Shown here piece by piece: positions 13,660 through 26,834 of a stretch of DNA of 64,000 nt. This DNA comes from the human T2T-CHM13v2.0 reference genome, Homo sapiens. The stretch lies in NCBI RefSeq assembly GCF_009914755.1, contig NC_060930.1, one strand, 5' to 3'. Each line of letters begins with the position of its first letter. The first letter of the stretch is position 1. The position numbers were made by a program, and so were the translations under genes. The notes beneath the pieces were generated by a model that searched no databases, was not told the origin of the DNA, and saw only the letters and a list, made by a program, of their open reading frames with translations.

Positions 13660-15469
13660 CCGAAGTAGAGCTTCCAACGACCCTCAGGAGCGCTGAGCGA
13701 CCAAGTGAAGTACCTACAGGACCCATTTGTGTTCACTGATCTATTGGAGCAGCTGGGGATTGTGGTAAGTTCTCTCTGGCATTTCAGAGCTCCACGGATT
13801 TGTGTTTTGAGCTCACTGAGTTTCTTTGAGCAAATTTGTGATCCAAACTGGTTTTGGAAGTCATGACAGAAACTGGACTGGGTCCAGGATCACATTTGAC
13901 CCAGTAATTAACTGACTTGGATCCAGTTAGAGGCCTCGCACATCTGACTGGGTCAGAAAGAAACTGGTGGTAAATAGTAATATTGCAGGGGGTGTAAAAA
14001 TTTGGCTTTTGAAAATTCAAAGGGATTTTTGTGTTCTACCTTTTTTTTTTTTCCACTTTTCTTGTGTGCTTAGGTAGGAGGAAAAAAATCATTAATTAAG
14101 TCAATCAAGGGAACCTAGAAACAAAACCAATATTTTAGGTAAAAAATGGGATCCTTAATTTTTGGAAAACTGAGTTCCCTCCAGCTTATACATGCGTAAG
14201 TGTTAGGCCCCAGAAGTAGTGAAGTCTTAGAGTAATAGTGAAATCTTACTAAAGATAACTTACAGTGGAATGTTCCAAATGAATAAAACTGCACTAAAGT
14301 GCGTTTGAAAATGAGGGCTCCCAAATTAGTCTCCTGTAGGCATGGCTATTGATATGCAGAAGCTTCTAAAAAGATTTCAGTATTTTTATTTAAAGACTTT
14401 ACAAAAGGCAAATAAAAAACTTAAGCGACTAATTGATTTTAAAAAATTAAATTTGCTTTGCACTTTTTGCTGACAGCTGTGGGTGACAGGATTAGGCATG
14501 TATAGGACCACTGGACATGGGGAGCTTTTTTTCTTTCCAAAGCGGGAAACATGAGAGCTGATGGGACTGCTGGAAAAGATCCCTTTGCGACTGACAAGCA
14601 ACTGCCTGAACTTTTGATTCAGCATTGCTGGGATGGGTGGGTCTTTCTCTGGCTTCCCTGAGCTCCTGCCTTCCCCACTCTGCCACAGGCAATGCTTTTC
14701 TCTCTCTCTCTCTCTTTTCCCTTTCTTACCTTTTCTGTTACTCCGTGCAACCATCTTCCCCAGAGACCACATGTTGAAACTCTTTTAATCCACTTTAAAT
14801 GGATTAAAGATGACAGGGCCCATCTAGGGCCAAGTTTGAGACTTGCCAATTTGATATTGGGTGCTAAGCAGAGTGGCTAATGTCTATGTTTTGTCACATG
14901 TATTTTGCTCTGGCTGGAATGAAAAATGTATATTCAGTTCTGCTGGTTGGGGAGCAACTTGCAAAATTGAGAGGTTTTTGCCTGTGGTTCCAAGATTTTC
15001 CTTTATGACACGGCTTGGCGCCCAGAGCTATGGTGTGGTGAGCAGGGTCACTAAGGCCACTCAGGGAAAGAGAACCCAGAAACCTGACATGCCAGCAAAA
15101 CGGTAAGAATTTCTTACCAGTCAGACTTCTGGCCTCTTTCTCTCTATGCAAACTGGCTGAATGAATGGTAAAAATCACTGTTTATCTCCTCTGTAAAATT
15201 TTGATTAATGGGAAAAAGGATTTGTGAGGCTAGTCATGAGCTGTAGTGAATCTGTTGTACTCTGTGCTATGAATGTCTTTCTGTATCTTTCTGTCAGAAA
15301 GAGGGGTGCCTTAGGATAGAACACGAGCTTAGGACCCCGTTACCCTGCTGTTCAAGATGGCCCAGAAAACTGGTCAATAAGGTTCTTGGGAGTTTGACCT
15401 TGTAACCACGTGGTGGTTACTTTCTCTTTGTCTCCACCATCCAGAGGACGGGAATTTTGGAGATCATGT

Positions 15470-16179
15470 TTTTACCGGTGGAAGGTATCCAAGTTACTGG
15501 CAGCAAATCCCCATGGGTCTGCAGCAACCTCGATTCTTGCTTCTCAGAAAAACGAATTCGACTGAGGGACATAAGGCAGAAAAAGAAACTGAGGCAAGTT
15601 TTGAGCAGGAGTGGAAGTTTTATATTTAAAAGGCTTTAGAACAGGAAAGGAAAGAAAGGAAGGTATGCTTGGAAAAAACCCAAGTGGGCAATGAGATCAA
15701 GTGTGGTATTTAGCCTTGACCCTAGGACTTATAGGCTGGCCCCTTTCCCATGATTCTTCCCTTAGGGTGGGCTGCCCACATGTGCAGGGCCCTCCTTACA
15801 CTTGCGAGGTGAGCATGCGTAGGGTGTTTAGCAAGTTGTACGCATGACCATCTGAGGCTTTCTTCCCTTTTCTGGTGGAGTGTACCCGGAAGATCATACT
15901 CTGCCATTTTGTCTCTTAATGCACATGCCTGGGCTGACTTGCAAAATACCTGAGATTTTATTGGAAGCCCCTTTTTGCTTCTCCCTGGCATCTGCATTCA
16001 ATTAACACTTTAATGCAACAGGTGTGGACCATCAGGAGATGGCCTCTCCCTGGTGCTGGCTGCCAATTTATCACTTTTAGAGAGGCCATGTGATCATTTC
16101 TGAGCCATCAACCAACATTCTTAGTGGGTGGGGAGAGCCCTCTCCTGCCCTGCTCATGCCTGTCTAACTGCTTATAACA
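15470..16179 (-). mobile_element. MER50-type ERV1 solo LTR inserted in the provirus
   Basis: Reverse complement begins TGTTATAAGCAG...GGCATGAGCAGGGCAGGAGAGGG; 4-bp TSD ATGT (15466-15469 / 16180-16183). Confidence 0.82.
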
Positions 16180-19100
16180 ATGTCATACTTAGCTCTAAAA
16201 ATTATCTTGAGTAGTTAAAAACCATTGCAAGCTCAAAATGGACTGCTGTAGACTCCTTCTGGGAAGGGCAATGGAAACTGCCCAATGCTGTAACTCAGCA
16301 GCTAAGGCTTTGCCATTTTACAATGGCAGCTTGGGTTCAATCCTGGCTTAGGAAACGAGTACTTTTTGGTTGATATCTGTGTGACTTTATCATTTGTGGA
16401 TTCTCTTCCCCTCCATGAACAACTTCTGGCTTCCCTTGTTGAATTTTCCTTTCTCTAAGCACCTGGGAGGTTATCTTTGGTAAAGTTCAAAAGCCAGAAA
16501 TATTGACCATTTGGCTTAGCTAGAGTCTAGTAATAAATTTAAAAGGACTTTTTTTTTTTTTAGAGTGCTATGGTTATAAGTCAGTTTAATTAAAAGTGGG
16601 TATTCAAGCTCTAGGAGCCTGGGACTCCATGGGAAAAACAGAGGAAGTACCACCAACCCTGTTTTTGGAAGAACATCTGATTTCCACATGAAACCCCAGG
16701 AATTGGGACGAGATAGACCCCTCTCAAAATTTAAGGCTCTGCTCTGTTTTGCATTGCATTCTCTGCCATTTTTTACTTTGGGGGGTATCAGAAATTACTT
16801 CTCATTATGAGAACGCTTTGGTGTTCAATACCTAGGTAGGAAATATACTTTAGTAATGGCCAATGGCAGTTATGAGGGAATACTTTGCTTTTGCACCTTT
16901 GGATCAGAGAAGCATGCTCTTGGCCACCTAGAAAGTATGAAAGTGTCCCCACTCCTCACTGAGATAAGACTCCCATGGGAGATGGGTTAATCACAGAATG
17001 GGCTGATTGGCTGATTGACTTCGGGTTGCTTTGCAATAAAATGTATAGTAAAAGCATTGCACTGTCTTTTACTGATTGGCTGATTGACTTCGGGTTGCTT
17101 TGCAATAAAATGTATAGTAAAAGCATAGCATTTCCTTCTTTTTGGGGATCCAGGATGTGATATAAAAATGAGACTCTTAATTTTGGAGATCTATTTTTGC
17201 CTTCCAACTGTGCCTGCTTATTAGGCCCTAGAAACTGTATTGTTTTCCTACCCTGTTCCTCCAAGGACTCCACCCTAAAGTCAGTAATCCAATTAAGAAA
17301 CTTACAAACTGGCAAATGAAAAATCCTACAACCACTAGATCTTCTGTCTGTATAGTTATATATGTGTTGTGTGTGTAATGTTTATATAAAAGAGCTCTAA
17401 TTAATTGGCTTAAAGAAAAATAAGTGCTTAAATATTTTGAAAGAAAACTAAAAGCTATAATTCCTTTTAGTTTACGTGACTTTAATCATCTTTAGGAAAT
17501 AAGAACAGCTTTAAAGATCATTGGTAAAACATAGACATTTGGTCCAAATTAGGCAGGTCAGATATTAGGTTTACTAAATGCTTTAAGGTTGTAAACTGCT
17601 TTCACTTTTGAAAATTGTTCAACTTGCCTGCTTTACAGCTAGGTAAGGCCTGGGGATGTGTGGGGTTAGCCATGCCCCCTAGCTATGCTGGAAGGAGTCA
17701 GACCTTATCTGCACTTCCGTCTGATGTCCTAGGCTCAATCCTAATACATAATTAAAATTGCTTACTGACCAGGTTTTTCACCAAAAGTTGCTAAGAGTTA
17801 ACAGTATAACTTGTACTCGAGACTTCTAAAAAAATAGTTTTACATGCCAGGTGTGTGAAGAAAGTGAAATGTGCCTTTAGTAAAAGATTATAAGAAGACA
17901 TGGGAATGTACATTTTTGCCTAGTTTAGAGGGTTAAAGGATTGTTTTAAATTAAATAGGATAGGAGAGAGATCATCATGGCAGATGGGAGGCAGGACTAG
18001 ATTGCAGCTCCAGACCGAGCAGCTTGCGAAAGCTCGCATTGTAAATGTTGGCTCCGGATTGACTGCAAGAACAAACCAGCAATCCCGAGAGGACCCGCAG
18101 ACCCTCTGAAGGAAGTGGACTGCTCCTACAGGACCCAAGAGACATCCCAAATACCGTGAGGGACCCAACTACAGAAGTGGAAAAGTGAGACCCTCCTCTC
18201 CTGAACACACACCCCCACTGGAGAAGCTGAAGGTCTGTTTGCAGAAGTTTCTGACCTTACCTGGAGCTGAGCCAATTTAGAAAGCCAAGTGAAATAAAGG
18301 GGTAGAGGAAGCAGCAGAAAGGCCCTGGGAGCTCGCTGGGTCCCCTGGCAGGCCATTCCTGCCTGGCACCACAGGGACCCATCAGGTGGGTGACCAGAGG
18401 ATCAGGGGGTAAAACTACACAGGAAGAAGGAACTCTCTGGCTGAACTTTGTAACAATTTGAATGCGGAGAGAAGCTTCCTTGCCAGAACTTGGGGGAGGG
18501 TGCAAATCTGGTGTGCAGACTCCACAAGTTGCGGGGAGAACCAAGCCCTTTTCTCTCACAGCTGGGAGGTGGGTAGCCCGGGGCAAGTATTCAACCCCAT
18601 TGTGCCCTCTGCCTGGAAACAGACTCTTGGCTGTCTGCGGAGGGAGCACAGTGGGAGTGAGACTGCCCTTCATTTTGCATGGGAGCTGGGTGAGGCCTGT
18701 GGCTGCCAGCTTTCCCCCACTTCCCGACAACCTGCATGACTCAGCAGAGCCAGCCATAATCCTGCTAGGTACACAGCTCCAGTGACCAGGGAGAGTCATC
18801 CTCATCCCCCACAGCAGCCACAACAAGACCCGCCCAAGGAGAGTCTGAGCTCAGACATGTATAGCTCTGCCCCCACCTGATGGTCCTTCCCTATACACCC
18901 TGGTAGCAGAAGACAAAGGGCATATACTCATGGGAGTTCTAGGGCCCTGCCCACTGCTGGTCCCTCTCTATACTTCTACAGCTGATGCTTTCTGGATAGC
19001 ACCACCTCCTGGGAGGAGACCAACCAACACAAAAATAGAGTATTAAAACACCAAAGCTAAGAACCCTCACGGAGTCCATTGCACACTGCCTCCCACCCCC

Positions 19101-19383
19101 TCACCATTGTCTCCACCAGAACAGGCAGTGGTATCCATGGCTAAGAGACGGTTCACATCACAGGACTCTGTGCAGACATCCTCCAGTACTAGCCCAGAGC
19201 CGGATAGACTCACTGGGTGGTTAGACGCAGAAGAGAGACAATAATCACTGAAGTTAAGCTCACAGGAAGCCATATCCATAGGAAAAGGAGGAGAGTACTA
19301 CATCAAGGGAACACCCCATGGGACAAAAGAATCTGAACGACAGCCTTCAGCCCTAGACCTTCCCTCTGACAGAGCCTACCCAA

Positions 19384-20047
19384 ATGAGAAGGAACCAGAA
19401 AACCAACGCTGGTACTATGACAAAACAAATCTCTTCAACACTCCCAAAAAATCATCATACTAGTTCACCGGCAATGGATCCAAACAAAGAAGAAATCCAT
19501 GATTTACTTGAAAAAGAATTCAGTAGGTTAGTTATTGAGCTAATCAGGGAGGGACCAGAGAAAGGCAAAGCCCAATGCGAGGAAATCCAAAAAAAAGATA
19601 CAAAAGTAAAGGGAGAAATATTCAAGGAAGTAGATAGCTTAAAGAAAAAACAATTAAACATTCAGGAAAATTTGGAAACACTTTTAGAAGTGCTAAATGC
19701 TCTGGAAAGTCTCAGCAATAGAATTGAACAAGTAGAAGAAAGAAATTCAGAACGCGAAGACAAGGTCTTTGAATTAACCCAATCCAACAAAGACAAAGCA
19801 CAAAGAATAAGAAAATATGAACCAAGTCTCCAAGAAGTCTGGGATTATGTTAAACTACCAAAATTAAGAATAATCAGTTTTCCTAACGAAGAAGAGAATT
19901 CCAAAAGCTTGGAAAACATATTTAGGGGAAGAATCAAGGAACACTTTCACAGCATTGCTAGAGATCTAGACATCCAAATACAAGAAGAACAAACAACACC
20001 TGGAAAATTAATCGTAAAAAGATCTTTGCCTAGGCACATTGTCATCA
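19384..20047 (+). pseudogene. L1 ORF1p N-terminal part, open up to the LTR12C insertion
   Basis: First ~221 codons of ORF 19384-20136 are ORF1p coiled-coil/RRM-like; the rest reads into the LTR. Confidence 0.85.
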
Positions 20048-21489
20048 TGCGAGGTGACAGTGTGCTGGTAGCCCTCACAGACCTTACTTACTCTCAGCAC
20101 TTCCTCTGCCCGGGCTCCCACTTTGGCAGCACTTGAGGAGCCCTTCAGCCTGCCACTGCACTGTGGGAGCCCCTTCCTGGGCTGGCCCAGGCCAGAGCTG
20201 GCTCCCTCAGCTCATGGGGAGGTGTGGAGGGAGAGGTGCAGGTGGGAACCAGGGCTGCCTGTGGTGCTTGCGGGCCGGCGCAAGTTCCGGGTGGGTGTGG
20301 GCTTGGCAGGCCCTGCACTCGGAGTGGCCGGCCGGCGGGCCCTGCCAGCCCCAGGCAATGAGGGCTTTAGCACCCGGGCCAGCGGCTGCGGAGGGTGTGC
20401 TGGGTCCCCCAGCAGTGCTGGCCCACTGGCGCTGCGCTCGATTTCTCGCTGGGCCTTAGCTGCCTCCCCGCGGGGCAGGGCTCGGGACCTGCAGCCCACC
20501 ATGCCTAAGCCTCACCCAAAACTCCATGGGCTCCTGTGTGGCCCAAGCCTCCCTGACCCCACCCCCTGCTCCACAGCGCCCACTCCCATGGACCACCCAA
20601 GGGCTGAGGAGTGCGGGCGCAGGGCGCGGGACTGGCAGGCAGCTCCACCTGCAGCCCCAGTGCGGGATCCACTGGGTGAAGCCAGCTGGGCTCCTGACTC
20701 TGGTGGGGACTTGGAGAACCTTTATGTCTAGCTAGGGGATTGTCAATACACCAATCGGCACTCTGTATCTAGCTCAAGGTTTGTGAACACACCAATCAGC
20801 ACCCTGTGTCTAGCTCAGGGTTTGTGAATGCACCAATCGACACTCTGTATCTAGCTACTCTGGTGGGGACTTGGGGAACCTTTGTGTCGACACTCTGTAT
20901 CTAGCTAATCTAGTGGGGACGTGGAGAACCTTTGTGTCTAGCTCAGGGATTGTAAACGCACCAGTCAGCGCCCTGTCAAAACAGACCACTCGGCTCTCTG
21001 TAAAATGGACCAATCAGCAGGATGTGGGTGGGGCCAGATAAGAGAAAAAAAGCAGGCTGCCCGAGCCAGCAGTGGCAACCCGCTCAGGTCCCCTTCCACA
21101 GTGTGGAAGCTTTGTTCTTTCACTCTTTGCAATAAATCTTGCTGCTGCTCACTCTTTGGGTCCACACTGCCTTTATGAGCTGTAATACTCACCGCAAAGG
21201 TCTGCAGCTTCGCTCCTGAAGCCAGCGAGACCACGAACCCACTGGGAGGAATGAACAACTCCAGATGCATTGCCTTAAGAGCTGTAACACTCACTGTGAA
21301 GGTCCGCAGCTTCACTCCTGAGCCAGCGAGACCACGAACCCACCAGAAGGAAGAAAATCGGAACACATCCAAACATCAAAGGAACAAACTCCGGACACGC
21401 CACCTTTAAGAACTGTAACACTCATCGCGAGGGTCCGTGGCTTCATTCTTGAAGTCAGTGAGACCGAGAACCCACCAATTCCAGACACA
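20048..21489 (+). mobile_element. LTR12C-type (ERV9) solo LTR
   Basis: Starts TGCGAGGTGACAG, ends CCAGACACA; 4-bp TSD ATCA (20044-20047 / 21490-21493); GC-rich U3, ~41-bp CCAAT-containing repeats, GATA motif and U5 repeats. Confidence 0.95.
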
Positions 21490-21945
21490 ATCAGGTTATC
21501 CAAAGTTAAGATGGAGGAAAGAATCTTAAGAGCTGTGAGACAGAAGCACCAGGTAACCTATAAAGGAAAATTTATCAGATTAACAGCAGGTTTCTCAGCA
21601 GAAACCCTACAAGCCTTTGGCCCTATCTTTAGCCTTTGGCCCTATCTTTAGCCTCCTCATACAAAACAATTATCAGCCAAGAATTTTATATCCAGTGAAA
21701 CTAAGCATCATATATGAAGGAAAGATAGTCTTTTTTCAGACAAACAAATGCTGAAAGAATTCACATTACCAAGCTGCTACTTCAAGAACTGCTAAAAGGA
21801 GCTCTAAATCTTGAAACAAATCCTAGAAACACATCAAAACAGAACCTCTTTAAAGCATAAATCACACAGGACCTATAAAACAAAACTACAAGTTAAAAAG
21901 CAAAAACAAAAACAATGAAAACAAAGTACACAGGCAAGAAAAAGC

Positions 21946-22286
21946 ATGATGAATGCAACAGTACCTCACATTTCAATACGGACATTGAATGTAAATGGCC
22001 TAAATGCTCTACTTAAAAGATATAGAACCGTGGAATGGATAAGAACTCACCAATCAACTATCTGCTGCCTTCAGGAAACTCTTCTAACACAGAAGGACTC
22101 ACATAAACTTAAAGAAAAGGGGTGGAAAAAGGCATTTCATGTAAATGGACACCAAAAGCAAGCAGGGGTAGCTATTCTAATATCAGACAAAACAAACTTT
22201 AAAGCAACAGCAGTTAAAAGAGACAAAGAGGGACATTATATAATGGTAAAAGGCCTTGTCCAACAGGAAAATATCACAATCTTAAA
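21946..22286 (+). pseudogene. L1 ORF2p endonuclease N-terminal fragment
   Basis: ORF 21946-22293 carries APE-like endonuclease motifs NVNGLN and LQET; it is cut off at the deletion junction. Confidence 0.88.
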
Positions 22287-22582
22287 GTCCTAAGACTTTA
22301 AGGAAACACATATGTCCCAGAATGAACCAGGTTTGCTTTTCTCCTGTAAACAACACTTCAGCATAAAGAGGTACCCTCTACTCAGTCCTTGTTTCTACCT
22401 TGCAAAACATTGTTCTATTGTTTCCCACTGGGTTTCAAGACCAATGGTGATAGTGACATCAATTACTGAACTTTTGGTCAATCTCTCAAAATTAAAATGA
22501 CCAAAAGGGAGGAATTGTTAAATCAAGTTCAGCTTAAAGCTGCCTCCCTACATATTTTAAATTAAGCCTAAAGATTTTTCTG

Positions 22583-22894
<312 letters not shown>

Positions 22895-23650
22895 AGGTTT
22901 TCCTGTACATCATGAACTATAACAAGTGGAGGTGTAAACAGACCATAGCCTATACCGGTGCTAATCACTGAGTTTTGGCCAAACAAATGTAGCCAACTGT
23001 TTGAATCATGTTCAAATAAGGCAAATGCTCAGCTGTAACCAATCCAGCTGTTTCTGTACCTCACTTACATTTTCTATACGTCACTCTCCTTTTTCTGCCT
23101 ATGGGCAGAAACTTTGGGTGGGAAGGCTGCCTGATTCGCAAATCATTCATTGCTCAATTAAACTTCTTTAAATTTAATTAGGCTAAAGTTTTTCTTTTAT
23201 CAGAATATTTGAATAAATTCTAAGCCTCAGAAGTACACAACAAGACTCAGCTCTGTCTATGGCTGAAGGTTAAAACACTTTTCCCAAGAATGTATTCACA
23301 ATGGCTGGTCATCATTTGGGTCTGAGGACTGAATTAACACCATTTGCATGGTTCAAAAAAAAAAAACAACACTAACCTGGAATTGTAATTTAAAGTGGAT
23401 CTTTAGTTGTCTGGCAGAAGCAAAGGCAATTTTTTTCAAGATGAACAAATGCTGCTCCTAAGGCATAAACATACTACAGATAGAGTTTCAGGAAACATGG
23501 AATCAAAATGAAAAATCACAAAACATAAAATGAAATAGACACCACTAAGAGTCAACAGAATCAATGACTTCTGTTAGAATGACTAGACACAGTGCAAAGT
23601 AAGTATGTTTACTACATTTAAAAAAGTTAAAAGGAGAATTAAATCATGAT

Positions 23651-24113
23651 TGTGGTAGGCTGAATAATGACCCCTCAAAAGATAGCTGTATTATAATCTC
23701 TGGTATGAATGTTACTATATATGGCCAAAAAATGGCTTTGCAAATGTGATTCAGTTAAAGATTTTGAGATGCGACTATTCTGGATTAGCCAGGTGAGCCC
23801 TAAATGCCATCACATGTATCTGTCTAAGAGGGAGACAGAGGAGGATTTGACACAGGAAGGCAGAAGGGAAGAGAAGAAGGCAATATGACCTCAGAGACAA
23901 GACGGGAGTAATGCGACCACAGAAGTTAGGAGAGGCAAAGAACAGATTCTTTCCTAGTGTCTCTGGAGAAAGTACAGCCCTACCAACAGCTGCATTTCGA
24001 CTCAGTGATACTAATTTTGGACTTCTGACCTCTAGAACTATGAAAGTATAAATTTCTTCATTTTAAGCTGCCAAATTTGTGGCAATTTACAGCAGCCATA
24101 GGCAACAAATACA
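23651..24113 (+). mobile_element. MaLR solo LTR (MLT1C/D-like)
   Basis: TGTGGTAGGCTGAATAATG...AAATACA; perfect 5-bp TSD ATGAT (23646-23650 / 24114-24118). Confidence 0.9.
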
Positions 24114-25021
24114 ATGATTAAATAGCATGAGACAATAAAAATAAGAGACTTTTTTTAAAAGAACAAAATTAAACTTTTACAAATTAAAAGTGATATTTAT
24201 ATTAAATGTAAATATTGTGACCATATAAAGTATACAATAAATTTAAATTATATAATAATATAAATATGTGAATTACATTAAATGTAAGAAATAAAGAAGG
24301 CCAAACACCGCTAAAGAGAGAATTGTTTACTGGAAAGTATAACTAGATAAATTTCATAGATAAAAAGGATGTGAGACAAATAAATGAAATATATGAAAGA
24401 AAGCTTTAAAGCATATGTAAGCTTGATCATAAAGATTACTATATGTTACACCAGAATTATATAGAGGTGGCAAAGAGAATAGAAGAAAAACAATATTCAA
24501 AATGATTAAAGATTTTTCAGACTTGATGGAAGTGCAGCATAGCAAAACCAAGCATAAAATATAAAGAAATTCAAACATAGATAAATGTTAAAAGAACTGC
24601 AGAGTAAAACACCAAAGAAGCAGAGAGTATCTTAAAAGTAGCTGGAAGAAAAAACAGAGAGTATTTACAAATAAAAAGCATTATTTTATTTTATTAATAG
24701 TTAACTTTTCAACTGCAATGATTAAAGGCATAAAGCAGTGTAACAATATTTTAAAATTCTGAAAGAAATCCATTTTTAACCTAGAATTAAATAACAATCT
24801 TTCAGAAACAAATGAGAAAGCAATTTCTAAAAGTTGTTCATTACTACAAAGTTAAATGTTCCCAGAAGATCTGAAATGCAGGAGAGTGAATTTTTAATAT
24901 GACAGAGCTAAGTTAATGGGCACAATTATATATAAGATGGGGAAGAAATGATTGGTGTGAAATATTTCTTTAATACTTTGTATCATGCAGGAAGAGATAA
25001 AGATATTACCTAACTTTAGAC

Positions 25022-25329
25022 TTTTTTTTTTTCCAGAGACACAGTCTTGCTGTTACCCATGCTAGAATGCAGAGGTATGATTATAAGTCACTGCAGCCTC
25101 AAGTTCTTAGGCTCAAGCTCTCACCTCAGCCTCCCAAGGAGCTGGAACTACAAGCACACACCACCATACCCAGCTAATTTTGAAATTTTCTGCAGAGACA
25201 GGACCTTGCTATGTGGCCCAGACTGGTCTCAAACTCCTAGCCTCAAGTGATATGCCTAGCCTCAAGTGATCCTCCCGCCTCAGCCTGCAAAAGTGCTGCG
25301 ATTATGGGCATGAACCACCATGTCTGGCC
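25022..25329 (-). mobile_element. Alu (AluJ-like)
   Basis: Antisense Alu; TSD CTAACTTTAGACTTT; internal 16-bp duplication cctagcctcaagtgat (25236 / 25255). Confidence 0.92.
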
Positions 25330-25971
25330 CTAACTTTAGACTTTCTTATATGTGCATGTTAAAATATAAAGGGCAAACACTAGAAGAATATAATTATTGT
25401 GCATATAATCAAACAGAGAAATAAATGGAATAAGAAAAAAGACAAGATTTGGGGAAAGTAAACTTTAGAGAGAAGGAAATGCATACCATAAGATGGTGAA
25501 AATAAATTCATACATATAAATAATTACAATTGATGTTGAAGGAATAGATTGTCAGATTATATAAAGGAAATAAAAATCCAGTGCTATTTTTTTTCATAAG
25601 AGACAACACAGAAAAATTTAAACTAAATCTTGGAAATAGTTATATCAAGTAACTATAGACCCAAAGAAATGCAGTATACCTGTATTAATACTTGTCAAAA
25701 CAGATTTTTGACTATTTTAAATAAGAGGAACTAAGCTATTTAATAGAAACCTTTAACACACAATTCTTAGCAATTGATTGTACAGAAAAATATCAGTAAG
25801 AATATTGAAGATGTTTAAACATAATGAACAAGTTTGATCTAAAAACCATACACATATCTGTAAGTGGCAGTATACACATTTCTTTCAAACATAAGTGAAA
25901 CACTTATAAAAACTGATCATCTATTAGATGACATAGTATGTCTCAACAAATTCCAGAGAAATACTATCCTA

Positions 25972-26307
<336 letters not shown>

Positions 26308-26517
26308 TTAATTAAATTGGAAATAAAAACACACAAAAAGAATTGTACCCCAACAATATCCCACATATTTAGAAAATTAAAACAGAATTCTCAAACAATT
26401 ATTAGGTCAGAAACGAAGTAAAAATAAAAATTTAAAATTACTTAGAACTGCTTCATAATAAAAACATTACATGGCAAAGCTCAGAAGGGATATATAAAAC
26501 CCTCTATGTATAAAAAA

Positions 26518-26834
<317 letters not shown>

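Larger units (their letters stand above)
17963..22286 (+). mobile_element. L1PB-type LINE-1: 5' UTR, ORF1 and ORF2 N-terminus; 3' part deleted
   Basis: 5' UTR ggaggcaggactagattgcagctcc; ORF1 from 19384 (MRRNQKTN...KEFSRLVIEL...PSLQEVWDYVK...PRHIVI); ORF2 endonuclease start at 21946 (TLNVNGLN...CCLQET...GVAILISDK...EGHYIMVKG); no poly(A) or 3' TSD. Confidence 0.92.

Noticed and set aside
13642-13666. tRNA gene or fragment
   Set aside because: Only 18 nt complementary to a tRNA 3' end, at the PBS position; no cloverleaf or A box.
20123-20731. 202-aa ORF and overlapping ORFs as a novel gene
   Set aside because: They lie wholly in the GC-rich U3 of LTR12C, where stop codons are scarce on both strands.
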